From contig JAYVCD010000262.1 in NCBI GenBank assembly GCA_043750125.1, forward strand, positions 1-10,857: 10,857 nt of DNA, written 5' to 3'. Position 1 is the stretch's first letter; every line of letters starts with the position of its first letter. The position numbers and the translations under genes were made by a program. This DNA is from Archangiaceae bacterium. GTDB taxonomy: Bacteria; Myxococcota; Myxococcia; Myxococcales; Myxococcaceae. Positions 1 through 7,239 of the stretch are shown here, piece after piece. The notes under the pieces are model-generated. The model was not told the DNA's origin, did not search any database, and saw only the letters and a program-made list of their open reading frames with translations.

Positions 1-533
1 CCGCGCATCACCAGGTCGAGCGCGATTTCCGACTTCCCGATGCCGGACTTGCCCATCAGCAGCACCCCGACTCCGAAGACGTCGGTCAGCACCCCGTGCA
101 GGGTGCCGACCGCGGTCAGCGCCTCTTCGAGGTACGCCTGCACCTGGCTGATGAACTGCGAAGAGGCGAGGGTGGTTCGCATCAGCGTCAGCCGGGCGTG
201 CTCGCAGCCCTCTTTGAGCGCGGTGGGAATCTTGAGCCCCTTGGTCACCACCACGCAGGCCAGCTGGGCTTCGAAGATTTTGGCGAGCACCTCTTGCTGC
301 TGCACATCGCTCAGCGTGCGCAGGTAGCTGATCTCGGTGTTCCCGAAGACTTGCATCCGTTCGGGGTGCAGATGCTCGGTGAAGCCCGTCAGCGCCAGCC
401 CAGGCTTCTGAATCCGGGAGGAAGAAATCTTCCGGGTCAGCCCTTCTCTTCCCGCGACGAGCTCGAGCCGGAGGTCGACGTTGTTTGCTTCGAGAAGCTG
501 GGTGATTTCGATGCTCGGCAAAGTCGCGGTCAT
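1..533 (-). CDS. hprK: HPr(Ser) kinase/phosphorylase, N-terminal ~177 codons (runs off the left edge)
   Basis: Manual translation from ATG at 533: MTATLPSIEITQLLEANNVDLRLELVAGREGLTRKISSSRIQKPGLALTGFTEHLHPERMQVFGNTEISYL...LHGVLTDVFGVGVLLMGKSGIGKSEIALDLVMR. It contains the HprK N-domain signature (IQKPGLALTG, RxQVFGxTE) and the Walker A GKSGIGKSE-x-ALDL. Absent from the ORF track because its stop lies outside the window. Confidence 0.96.
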   Translation of the reverse strand, partial: MTATLPSIEITQLLEANNVDLRLELVAGREGLTRKISSSRIQKPGLALTGFTEHLHPERMQVFGNTEISYLRTLSDVQQQEVLAKIFEAQLACVVVTKGLKIPTALKEGCEHARLTLMRTTLASSQFISQVQAYLEEALTAVGTLHGVLTDVFGVGVLLMGKSGIGKSEIALDLVMR

Positions 534-598
534 AAAGGCAGGGGAAGCTTAACCGCCTCGGTCTTCGGGCCAGTCTGGTAAACGCTCAGGTCCCCCCG

Positions 599-2035
599 AT
601 GCGGCGCCTCTCCTTTGCGCAGTTGGTGCTCCTGGGCGGCCTGCTCGTCGGAGCGGCGCTTCGGCTCTGGGTGGCCTTCACCGACGACGGCATCTTCTGG
701 CCCGACGAGGTCTACCAGTCGTTGGAACCTGCCCACCGGTGGGTGTTCGGCTACGGAATGGTGGCCTGGGAGTTCATCGAGGGCGCGCGCAACTGGGCCT
801 TGCCGGGGTTCATCGCTTTCTGGTTCAAGCTGTCGGCGCTGTGCGGGCTCGACTCGCCTTCCGGGTACCTGGGCGTGGTCCGCACGGTGTTCGTCGCGAT
901 TGCGGTCGGCGGGGGCTACGGGGTGTGGCGGCTGGCGCGGGCGTCGGGCGCCGAAGACGTTCCGGCGGCGGTGGCGGCGCTGAGCCTGATGCTCTGCGCC
1001 CCGGCGATTTATTTCTCGCACCGCGCGATGGCCGAGAACGCGAGCGCACTCCCGGTGGTGTTGGGGCTGTGGCTGTTGCTGGAAAAAGAGCAGACCCGGC
1101 GCAGTCGGGTGATCGGCGCTTCGTTGTTGGGGCTGGCGGTGCTGCTTCGCCTGCAATGCGGGCTGTTCTGCGTCGGCGCGCTGGGGGTGTTGTGCGCGCG
1201 CAAGCAGTGGCGGGCGGCGCTCGAGGTGTTCGCGGTGCTGGCGGTGTGGGCGGTGGGGTATGGAGCGCTCGACGCGTTCACCTGGGCGGCTGCTCCGGGA
1301 GCGAAGTACGGGGGCTGGTTTCACTCGGCCTTCAAGTACCTGCAGTTCAACTTGATTGAAGGGCGGGCCTCTCAGTGGGGCACTGCGCCTGCGGCGTTCT
1401 ACGCGCGCGCCCTGTTCACTTCGATGCCGGGAATGGCGCTCGCGCTGGCGCTGGGGATTCTGCTCGCGGTGCGTCGGGCGACCGGGCTGGTGGCGATCGG
1501 TCTGCTCTTCGTCGTCGCGCACAGCGCGATTCCCCACAAGGAGCTGCGCTTCATTCTGCCCGCCTTGCCGTTGCTGTTCGCGGCCGCAGCGGTGGGGTAC
1601 TCGCAGCTGAAGCCGGGCCGGCAGTCGGTGGTGTTGGTCGGGGTGGTGTTGGCGGCGGTGGTGTCGGCGGTGCGGTTTCGGGCGCTGACGTTCGGCGATC
1701 TGGGCGCGTATCCGGAACGAAAGGACGCCAGCGCCTGGGATGACTACGGGCCGGTGTTCCGGTTGATGCGCACCGCGAGCCGGTTTCCCGACGTCTGCGG
1801 TTTGTGGATTGAAGTCCACCTCGCGTGGACAGGGGGCAGCACCTACCTGCACCGGCGGGCGCCGCTGTACATGCCGGGAATGCCGGTACCGGCGGGGGCG
1901 GTCAATTACGCGATCGCCTCGCGGGGGAAGATTGCCGGAGGCACGGTGGTCGCGTCGGAGGGAGGCATGGACCTCGTTCGACTGCCGGTTTCCCAGTGCA
2001 CAGCGGACCCCGGCTACGGGTGGATCTTGCCGTAG
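599..2035 (+). CDS. Polytopic membrane glycosyltransferase, GT-C fold, PIG-B/GPI10/Alg9-like mannosyltransferase family (GT22)
   Basis: 478 aa with many hydrophobic segments. The N-terminal loop motif PDEVYQSLEPAHRWVFGYG..WEF and the later motif HKELRFILP match PIG-B/Alg9 family signatures. Confidence 0.85.
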   Translation: MRRLSFAQLVLLGGLLVGAALRLWVAFTDDGIFWPDEVYQSLEPAHRWVFGYGMVAWEFIEGARNWALPGFIAFWFKLSALCGLDSPSGYLGVVRTVFVAIAVGGGYGVWRLARASGAEDVPAAVAALSLMLCAPAIYFSHRAMAENASALPVVLGLWLLLEKEQTRRSRVIGASLLGLAVLLRLQCGLFCVGALGVLCARKQWRAALEVFAVLAVWAVGYGALDAFTWAAAPGAKYGGWFHSAFKYLQFNLIEGRASQWGTAPAAFYARALFTSMPGMALALALGILLAVRRATGLVAIGLLFVVAHSAIPHKELRFILPALPLLFAAAAVGYSQLKPGRQSVVLVGVVLAAVVSAVRFRALTFGDLGAYPERKDASAWDDYGPVFRLMRTASRFPDVCGLWIEVHLAWTGGSTYLHRRAPLYMPGMPVPAGAVNYAIASRGKIAGGTVVASEGGMDLVRLPVSQCTADPGYGWILP

Positions 2036-2057
2036 GGGGTGCTAGACCCCGCGACAA

Positions 2058-2405
2058 ATGGCCGACTGTCTCTTCTGCAAGATCATCGACGGGCAGATTC
2101 CCGCAGTGAAGAAGGTGCACGAGGACGAGCAGTGCATCGGGTTTCTCGACATCAACCCTCAGGCTCCGACGCACGTGCTGTTCGTTCCGAAACGGCACAT
2201 CGCGACGCTCAATGACTGCACCACCGAAGACCGCGAGTTGATGGGTCATTTGATGTTCGCGGCGGCGAAGCTGGCGCGCGAGAAAGGTGTCAGTGAGACC
2301 GGGTACCGCACGGTGATGAACTGCAACCGCGACGCGGGTCAGACGGTGTTTCACATTCACCTTCATTTGCTCGCCGGCCGCGAGCTGCGGTGGCCTCCCG
2401 GGTAG
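2058..2405 (+). CDS. hinT: Histidine triad (HIT) nucleotide-binding protein, HinT/PKCI-like purine nucleoside phosphoramidase
   Basis: 115 aa with N-terminal DCLFCKI, the FLDINPQAPTHVLFVPKRH segment, the triad GQTVFHIHLHLL and a C-terminal WPPG. Confidence 0.93.
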   Translation: MADCLFCKIIDGQIPAVKKVHEDEQCIGFLDINPQAPTHVLFVPKRHIATLNDCTTEDRELMGHLMFAAAKLAREKGVSETGYRTVMNCNRDAGQTVFHIHLHLLAGRELRWPPG

Positions 2406-2467
2406 TCGCTGACCTCGGCCCGGCCGAATCACCCAGCCTGACCGACCTGTTCCCGCGGCGTTTACGA

Positions 2468-2483
2468 TGGTGCGCGGTTTGCT
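2468..2483 (+). promoter_or_regulatory. Putative sigma54 (RpoN) -24/-12 promoter
   Basis: TGGTGCGCGGTTTGCT has exact GG-N10-GC spacing and is close to the consensus TGGCACG-N4-TTGCW. It is intergenic and ends 12 nt before the ATG at 2496. Confidence 0.65.
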
Positions 2484-2495
2484 CTAGCTGCCGGC

Positions 2496-2672
2496 ATGGA
2501 AACACCTGCCATCATCGAGATTCAACGGGTCGCAAACGAGTGGTTCGTCGTGGTGCCGCAGCGGCAGGGCGCTCCGATCAAGTTCATGTGCGAGAGCCTG
2601 CGGGATGCCCAACGATTCGCAAGCGCGCTTCACGCGCGTCCGGGATCGCCCCCGCCTCGCCGGGTCGTCTAG
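2496..2672 (+). CDS. Small hypothetical protein (58 aa)
   Basis: ATG 2496 to TAG 2670-2672: METPAIIEIQRVANEWFVVVPQRQGAPIKFMCESLRDAQRFASALHARPGSPPPRRVV. The pattern suggests three beta-strands plus a helix, and it is preceded by the sigma54-like site. It is shorter than any ORF in the supplied track. Confidence 0.6.
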   Translation: METPAIIEIQRVANEWFVVVPQRQGAPIKFMCESLRDAQRFASALHARPGSPPPRRVV

Positions 2673-2675
2673 CGC

Positions 2676-2873
2676 TCAAGTCGTTGCGGCCGTGCCCAGG
2701 AGTGCGGTGAATCGTTCGACGCGCGAGCGATGGACGAGCTGAGGATGGATGCGCCGCCCCGAAGTCGCCCGGGCTTCGTGGTGCTCGGAGGCTCGGTAGC
2801 CTGCGGTCTTGCTTCGGTTTGAGATGCGAAGACGGGAGACCACGCTCAGGGCGGGCGTTTGCGTATGGGCCAC
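2676..2873 (-). CDS. Possible small basic hypothetical protein (65 aa)
   Basis: GTG-start ORF that fills the gap and stops 3 nt from the convergent 58-aa ORF. No recognisable motif, so it may be spurious. Confidence 0.25.
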   Translation of the reverse strand: MAHTQTPALSVVSRLRISNRSKTAGYRASEHHEARATSGRRIHPQLVHRSRVERFTALLGTAATT

Positions 2874-2914
2874 CCCGGGTTAGTGAAGCTCGGAGTGCGG
2901 GCATTGGCGGGAAA

Positions 2915-2953
2915 GAGGGTCATTTCAGGGCTGACGAGGGTCTTTTCGAGGGC
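2915..2953. repeat. Imperfect direct repeat, 21-bp period
   Basis: GAGGGTCATTTC-AGGGC at 2915 and GAGGGTCTTTTC-GAGGGC at 2936, in intergenic DNA downstream of the TonB gene. Confidence 0.5.
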
Positions 2954-2983
2954 GTCGTGCGTTTGCAGAGCCGGTCCGCAGCC

Positions 2984-3631
2984 TTACGGTTTGAAGCGCA
3001 CCGGCACGGTGAAGCAGCGGCCGAACGTCTCGGGGCCAAACGGAGCCGCACCCGGCACCACGCAGTCCCGCGCCGCGTGATCGAGCAGCTCTGAGCCCGC
3101 GGAACGAATCAGCGTCGATTCGCGCAGCACCCCGGCCGCATCGAGACAAAAGCGAATCTGCGCCTCGCCGGTCTGGTGGAAACGACGGGCGGCGGCCGGG
3201 TAGCACGTGAGCGCGACCCGCTGCAGCCGGGCCGAGAGCGCGGCGGTATCAATCGGTGCGCCGTCTCCGCTGCGGGCTTCTTCCGAGTCGATCGAGGAGG
3301 CTCCTGCTGCGGACGGAGGGGCTCCTTTGCCTTCGCGGGCCGGGGCCGACCCAGGGTCCACCGCCACTGCCCCCGCCACCCCGCCCGCCACGGCAGGCTT
3401 GCTCACCGGCCGCCGAGGCTGCGGCGCGACGGGCGCTACCGGCTCGACGGGCTTGGCCGCCGGGGGCGAGACGAGAGCCGCCAGCCGCATCACCTCGATT
3501 TGAACCGGCTTGTCCTTCTGTGCTCGTCCGGGCACGAGCGCGACCGGGGCGTCCGCCTCTTCCCAGAACAGCGCCAGCCCCGCGGCGTGCAGCGCCAGCG
3601 ACAGTCCCGCGGCCACGACTTCCCGCTTCAT
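2984..3631 (-). CDS. tonB: TonB-family energy transducer (215 aa)
   Basis: The likely start is ATG 3631 (MKREVVAAGLSLALHAAGLALF), overlapping the ABC gene stop as ATGA. It has an N-terminal TM with S-x3-H, a Pro/Ala-rich linker, and a TonB C-terminal domain (YPAAARRFHQTGEAQIRF...SAGSELLDHAA...VPVRF). The upstream part of the 442-aa track ORF is an off-frame reading of the ABC gene. Confidence 0.88.
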   Translation of the reverse strand: MKREVVAAGLSLALHAAGLALFWEEADAPVALVPGRAQKDKPVQIEVMRLAALVSPPAAKPVEPVAPVAPQPRRPVSKPAVAGGVAGAVAVDPGSAPAREGKGAPPSAAGASSIDSEEARSGDGAPIDTAALSARLQRVALTCYPAAARRFHQTGEAQIRFCLDAAGVLRESTLIRSAGSELLDHAARDCVVPGAAPFGPETFGRCFTVPVRFKP

Positions 3632-4416
3632 CGCGCGGTCTCGGTGAGGACAAAGAACGTTCGACCCTTCGCGGCGACCCCATCGATCGGCACCTGGTAC
3701 AGCGCGGACAGACTCTCTTTCGTCAGCACTTCCCCCGCCGGGCCGGCTGCCTGAACGCGACCGTCCTTGAGCAGCATCGCGTGGGTGGCCCACGCCGACG
3801 CCTGGTTCACATCGTGAAGCACCGCCACCGCCGCCAGTCCCGCATCGACCCGAAGCCGCACCTGTCGCAGCACCGCCACCTGATGCCGCAGATCGAGGAA
3901 CGCGGTCGGCTCGTCGAGCAGCAACAACTCGGGGGCCTGGACCAGGGCGCGGGCGAGCCAGACCAACCGTCGCTCGCCTCCGGACGCCTGGGTGAGCGGG
4001 CGATCTGCAAGGTGTTCGACTCCCAGCTCGGCCAGCGCCGCGCGCGCTCGGGTCACGTCGGAGGCCGATGGGAGGCCCCAGGATCCCAGGTGGGGCGCGC
4101 GTCCCATCAGCGCCAGCTCGAGACCGGTGAACGCCGCTCCTTCGTCCGACGGACTTTGCGGCACCCAGGCGACCTTCCGGGCCAGCTCGGTGCGCGAGAC
4201 CCCGCGCGGGTCGAGGCCACACGCGCGCACTTCGCCCCGGGCCGGCAGCAGCCCCAACGCCACCTTCACCACCGTGCTTTTTCCAGCCCCGTTGGGCCCC
4301 AACAACGCCCACAGTTGTCCGGGTTGAACTTCGAGCGACACCGCATGCAGCACGGGCACCGCGCCGTAGCCGGCCGTCACCGAGCCCAGCGTCAAGCGGG
4401 TCTCGACGGGGCTCAC
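3628..4416 (-). CDS. ABC transporter ATP-binding protein, iron-siderophore/heme/cobalamin (FepC/HmuV/BtuD) family
   Basis: Walker A GPNGAGKST, Q-loop WVPQ, family motif MGRAPH, signature ASGGERR, Walker B LLLLDEPT followed by LDLRHQ, and H-loop LHD. Confidence 0.93.
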   Translation of the reverse strand: MSPVETRLTLGSVTAGYGAVPVLHAVSLEVQPGQLWALLGPNGAGKSTVVKVALGLLPARGEVRACGLDPRGVSRTELARKVAWVPQSPSDEGAAFTGLELALMGRAPHLGSWGLPSASDVTRARAALAELGVEHLADRPLTQASGGERRLVWLARALVQAPELLLLDEPTAFLDLRHQVAVLRQVRLRVDAGLAAVAVLHDVNQASAWATHAMLLKDGRVQAAGPAGEVLTKESLSALYQVPIDGVAAKGRTFFVLTETAR

Positions 4417-5009
4417 TGATTCTCAGCTTTGGCCAACTCGCCCTTCAGCACCTCTTCCAGCGCGCTCGCTTCTTTGACGAACGACGACTCGGGGGTGGAG
4501 TCCTTGCGGCCTTCCATCGCCAGAATCTGAATCCGGTATTTCCGCGCCGTCGTCTCGTTGCGCGCTTCGAGCCGGTCGAAGTCGCCCTTCACCGCGCGCC
4601 AGGCCCGCTCGGCCGGGGGGTACACTTTGGGCGCGGCCGTTTTCTTCTTCTTCCCCAGGCCGGTGAGCTCCTCCGCGTCGGTCACCGGAGCCGGGGCGGG
4701 GGCGACCAGAACTTCTTTGGACTTGAGCTCGCGCGACTTGCGCTCTTTGAGCGTTCCCATCGGACCGTCGCCCAGGCCCAGCTGCGGGTCGCCGCCCTTC
4801 CCCTGTTGCTCGGCTTCCATCTCGGCGCGGAACATGTCCCAGGCCACCGCGCCGCCGACCCCGAGAATCAGCAGCAACGGAATGAGAATGTAGAGCGCCT
4901 TCGAGGTCTTCTTCTTCGGGGCGACTGCGAGCGCAACCTCGTCCACTGCCGCAGGCGATGCGGGAGCTGAAGCGGAAGAAACCGGAGGTTTGGCGGCTGG
5001 ATTCGCCAC
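4413..5009 (-). CDS. Single-pass membrane protein (198 aa) resembling the TM/C-terminal region of the upstream kinase
   Basis: GTG start, basic patch KKKTSK, TM ALYILIPLLLILGVGGAVAW, and a probably helical C-terminal domain. Its stop overlaps the ABC gene start (GTGA 4413-4416). Confidence 0.85.
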   Translation of the reverse strand: MANPAAKPPVSSASAPASPAAVDEVALAVAPKKKTSKALYILIPLLLILGVGGAVAWDMFRAEMEAEQQGKGGDPQLGLGDGPMGTLKERKSRELKSKEVLVAPAPAPVTDAEELTGLGKKKKTAAPKVYPPAERAWRAVKGDFDRLEARNETTARKYRIQILAMEGRKDSTPESSFVKEASALEEVLKGELAKAENQ

Positions 5010-5066
5010 GACTGGGGCGAGGCTGTAGCACGCCGAAAAATTCCGTGCAGCCCGTCGTCGTCGCGC

Positions 5067-7106
5067 TCAGTGCTGCCGGACTTTTCGTTTCCCCGGAGCT
5101 CGAGCCGGCGCTGACGTGTTGGGGGCCGTCAGCGGAGCGAGCTCTCCGTCTACCGGGGGCAGGGGGTGGGCTTCGGGAGCGACTTCCCGACCGGGAAAGG
5201 CGGGGGGGTCGATGGCTATTTCCGGCGGAGGGGCAGACTCCAACGGCTCGGCGTCGTTGGGCGGCTGGGGTTTGACCTCTCGCGAGCGGCGGTCGTCGGT
5301 GCTCGAGGTGCCCATCGGCTTTTGGTTTCGCTCCTGCTCCTGCATCGTCTTTTGCGCCTGGTCCTGGTTCAGGTCGTAAAGGACGAACCCCGCGACGGCC
5401 AGCAGCGCAATCAGGGGAATTACCACCCACATGAAACCGCTGCGACCGGTGGAAGTCGCCCCGGTCGACTCTTCGGCCCGGTCCACCACGGGAGGCGGCT
5501 TGTTCTTCAGTGCCTGCGGAAGCGGAGCGGTGACCGAGCGGGCCGGCAGCGAGGCGCGGCGTCCTTCCATCACCACCGGCACGCGGGCGGGCTCGAAGGT
5601 CTGCGAGGGGACGCTCGTCATCACCGCCGGCAGCCCACCCAACTCAACCCGGGGCGCTTCGAACGCAATTCCCGCCGGAGTGGTGGTCTCGCTCGAAGGC
5701 CAGGGAGTGCTGGGTTGCAGCGTCGGAATCGGGGCTTCATCCGGCATGCTGACCATCGCGCGGGTCGTGACCGGCTCGCCGTTCGCATCGAACGCGCTCG
5801 GGGGGGCGCTGAGCAGCAAGTTGATGCTCGGCATCGTTTCGCGATCTGTCGGGGGCGGCCGGCCGTCGTCTTCTTTCAGACGAAGGGTGGGGACGAAGGA
5901 CAGTCCTCCACCCGGTGAAGTGGGCCTTTCGCTCATTCGAACGCGCAGCGAGCCGGGGCGGGGCAACTCGGGCAGCTCGGGCAGGCCCTTGAGCTTGCGC
6001 GGGTCGGTGGGCATCGGGGTGAGCTCGTGGCTCAGGGGCGAGAGCGAGGCGGCGCGCGTCGGCTCGAGCTCGCGGACCACCAGCGCCGCAGCCAGGCGCT
6101 GTTCCCGCAACGAGGCCAACAGCTTGCGCTCACTGCTGTACTCGACCGCAAAAGCCTCGCGCATGAAGCGACTGCAGCTCTCAGGGCCGGCCGCCGGGTC
6201 GATGTCCACCAGCACCGACATCAGCCGGCCCCGGAATTCTTCCGCGGTCTGGTAGCGCTGGGCCGGGTCGACCGCGAGCGCCTTCATCACCGTCTGCGCC
6301 ACCGGGCCCGGGCACAGCGGCTCTACGTCCTGGATGTTGGGGATGTTGGGGTTGGAGACCCGGGCCAGCAGCTCGTTGGCCGGCACGTCTTCGAAGGGGT
6401 TTTTTCCTGCGACGAGCTCGTAGAGAACCAACCCCACCGAGTAGAGGTCGGTGCGGCGATCCACCTTGGTGTGCCGCGCCTGTTCCGGCGACATGTAGAG
6501 GAACTTTCCGAGCACGATGCTGGGGTTGGTGCGCGCGACGTTGAGCGTCGACTTGGCCAGGCCGAAGTCGATCACCTTCACCTCGCCTTCGTACGAGATG
6601 AGGACGTTCTGCGGGCTCACGTCGCGGTGAACGAGGCCAATTTCTTTCTCGTCCTCATCGCGCTTGCGGTGCGCGTAGGCGAGCGCGTCGAGCACCCGGG
6701 CCAGGGTGTAGAGGACGAAGGTCAAAGGCAGCGGCATGCTGCGCTCGTTGGCGCGGGCGGCGACCTTGCGCAGGTCCTTCCCGTCGACGAATTCGAGCGC
6801 GAGGTACGGCTCGCCTTCGTGCAGCCCCATGTCCAGCACCTGGGCAATCGAGCCGTGCTGAAGCTGGACCAGGGTCTTGGCTTCGTTGACGAAGCGGCTG
6901 ACGAAGTCTTCTTCCTGGGTGAGGTGGGGAAGGATCTTCTTGATCACACACTGCTTCTCGAAACCCTGAACGCCTTCGAGGCGGGCGAGGAAGATTTCTC
7001 CCATGCCTCCGGTGGCCAGAGGCATGAGCAGCGTGTACCGGCCGAATTGAATCGGCTTGAACGGGCGCAAGCGGGTCTGGGGGGTGGGCAGGTGCAACGA
7101 CCACAT
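5067..7106 (-). CDS. Membrane-anchored Hanks-type Ser/Thr protein kinase
   Basis: Motifs LATGGMGEIF, VIKK, HRDVSPQN, DFGLAK, GKFLYMSPEQ and DLYSVG, then a long Pro/Ser/Thr-rich linker, the TM FMWVVIPLIALLAVAGFVLY and a short Pro-rich tail. The exact start is uncertain by a few codons. Confidence 0.96.
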   Translation of the reverse strand: MWSLHLPTPQTRLRPFKPIQFGRYTLLMPLATGGMGEIFLARLEGVQGFEKQCVIKKILPHLTQEEDFVSRFVNEAKTLVQLQHGSIAQVLDMGLHEGEPYLALEFVDGKDLRKVAARANERSMPLPLTFVLYTLARVLDALAYAHRKRDEDEKEIGLVHRDVSPQNVLISYEGEVKVIDFGLAKSTLNVARTNPSIVLGKFLYMSPEQARHTKVDRRTDLYSVGLVLYELVAGKNPFEDVPANELLARVSNPNIPNIQDVEPLCPGPVAQTVMKALAVDPAQRYQTAEEFRGRLMSVLVDIDPAAGPESCSRFMREAFAVEYSSERKLLASLREQRLAAALVVRELEPTRAASLSPLSHELTPMPTDPRKLKGLPELPELPRPGSLRVRMSERPTSPGGGLSFVPTLRLKEDDGRPPPTDRETMPSINLLLSAPPSAFDANGEPVTTRAMVSMPDEAPIPTLQPSTPWPSSETTTPAGIAFEAPRVELGGLPAVMTSVPSQTFEPARVPVVMEGRRASLPARSVTAPLPQALKNKPPPVVDRAEESTGATSTGRSGFMWVVIPLIALLAVAGFVLYDLNQDQAQKTMQEQERNQKPMGTSSTDDRRSREVKPQPPNDAEPLESAPPPEIAIDPPAFPGREVAPEAHPLPPVDGELAPLTAPNTSAPARAPGKRKVRQH

Positions 7107-7239
7107 TGAACAATGTTCTGCGTTGGCACTCCACCGTTGCCGAGCTTTTCCGGCGGCGCGCGGCCCCTTTGCCCGGCCGGGGTGGGCTGATAGGGGGCTT
7201 TCCGGACCGGGTCGCGAGGCCCGAAGTGCCGCAGCGCGC

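Noticed and set aside
2415-2427. TCGGCCCGGCCGA inverted repeat after hinT as a terminator
   Set aside because: The stem is short and GC-rich with no U-tract, which is common by chance at this GC content.
2874-2983. Cobalamin riboswitch or other structured RNA near the ABC/TonB genes
   Set aside because: The region lies downstream of those genes and I found no B12-box or other conserved riboswitch motifs. An Infernal/Rfam scan would settle it.
2984-4312. 442-aa ORF read as an extended TonB
   Set aside because: The first ~227 aa are an off-frame reading of the ABC ATPase. The TonB TM begins right after ATG 3631.
5010-5070. Kinase and 198-aa gene as one frameshifted or read-through gene
   Set aside because: Each has its own TM and repeats the same motif series, and the second has a plausible promoter and start. 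Duplication fits better than a broken single gene.
7107-7120. GAAC-AAT-GTTC as a LexA/SOS box
   Set aside because: GAAC/GTTC-type LexA boxes have a 4-nt spacer and this has 3, so I kept it only as an unassigned palindrome.
7125-7141. TGGCAC...TTGC as a sigma54 promoter
   Set aside because: The spacing is GG-N12-GC rather than the obligatory N10, and it points antisense to the flanking genes.
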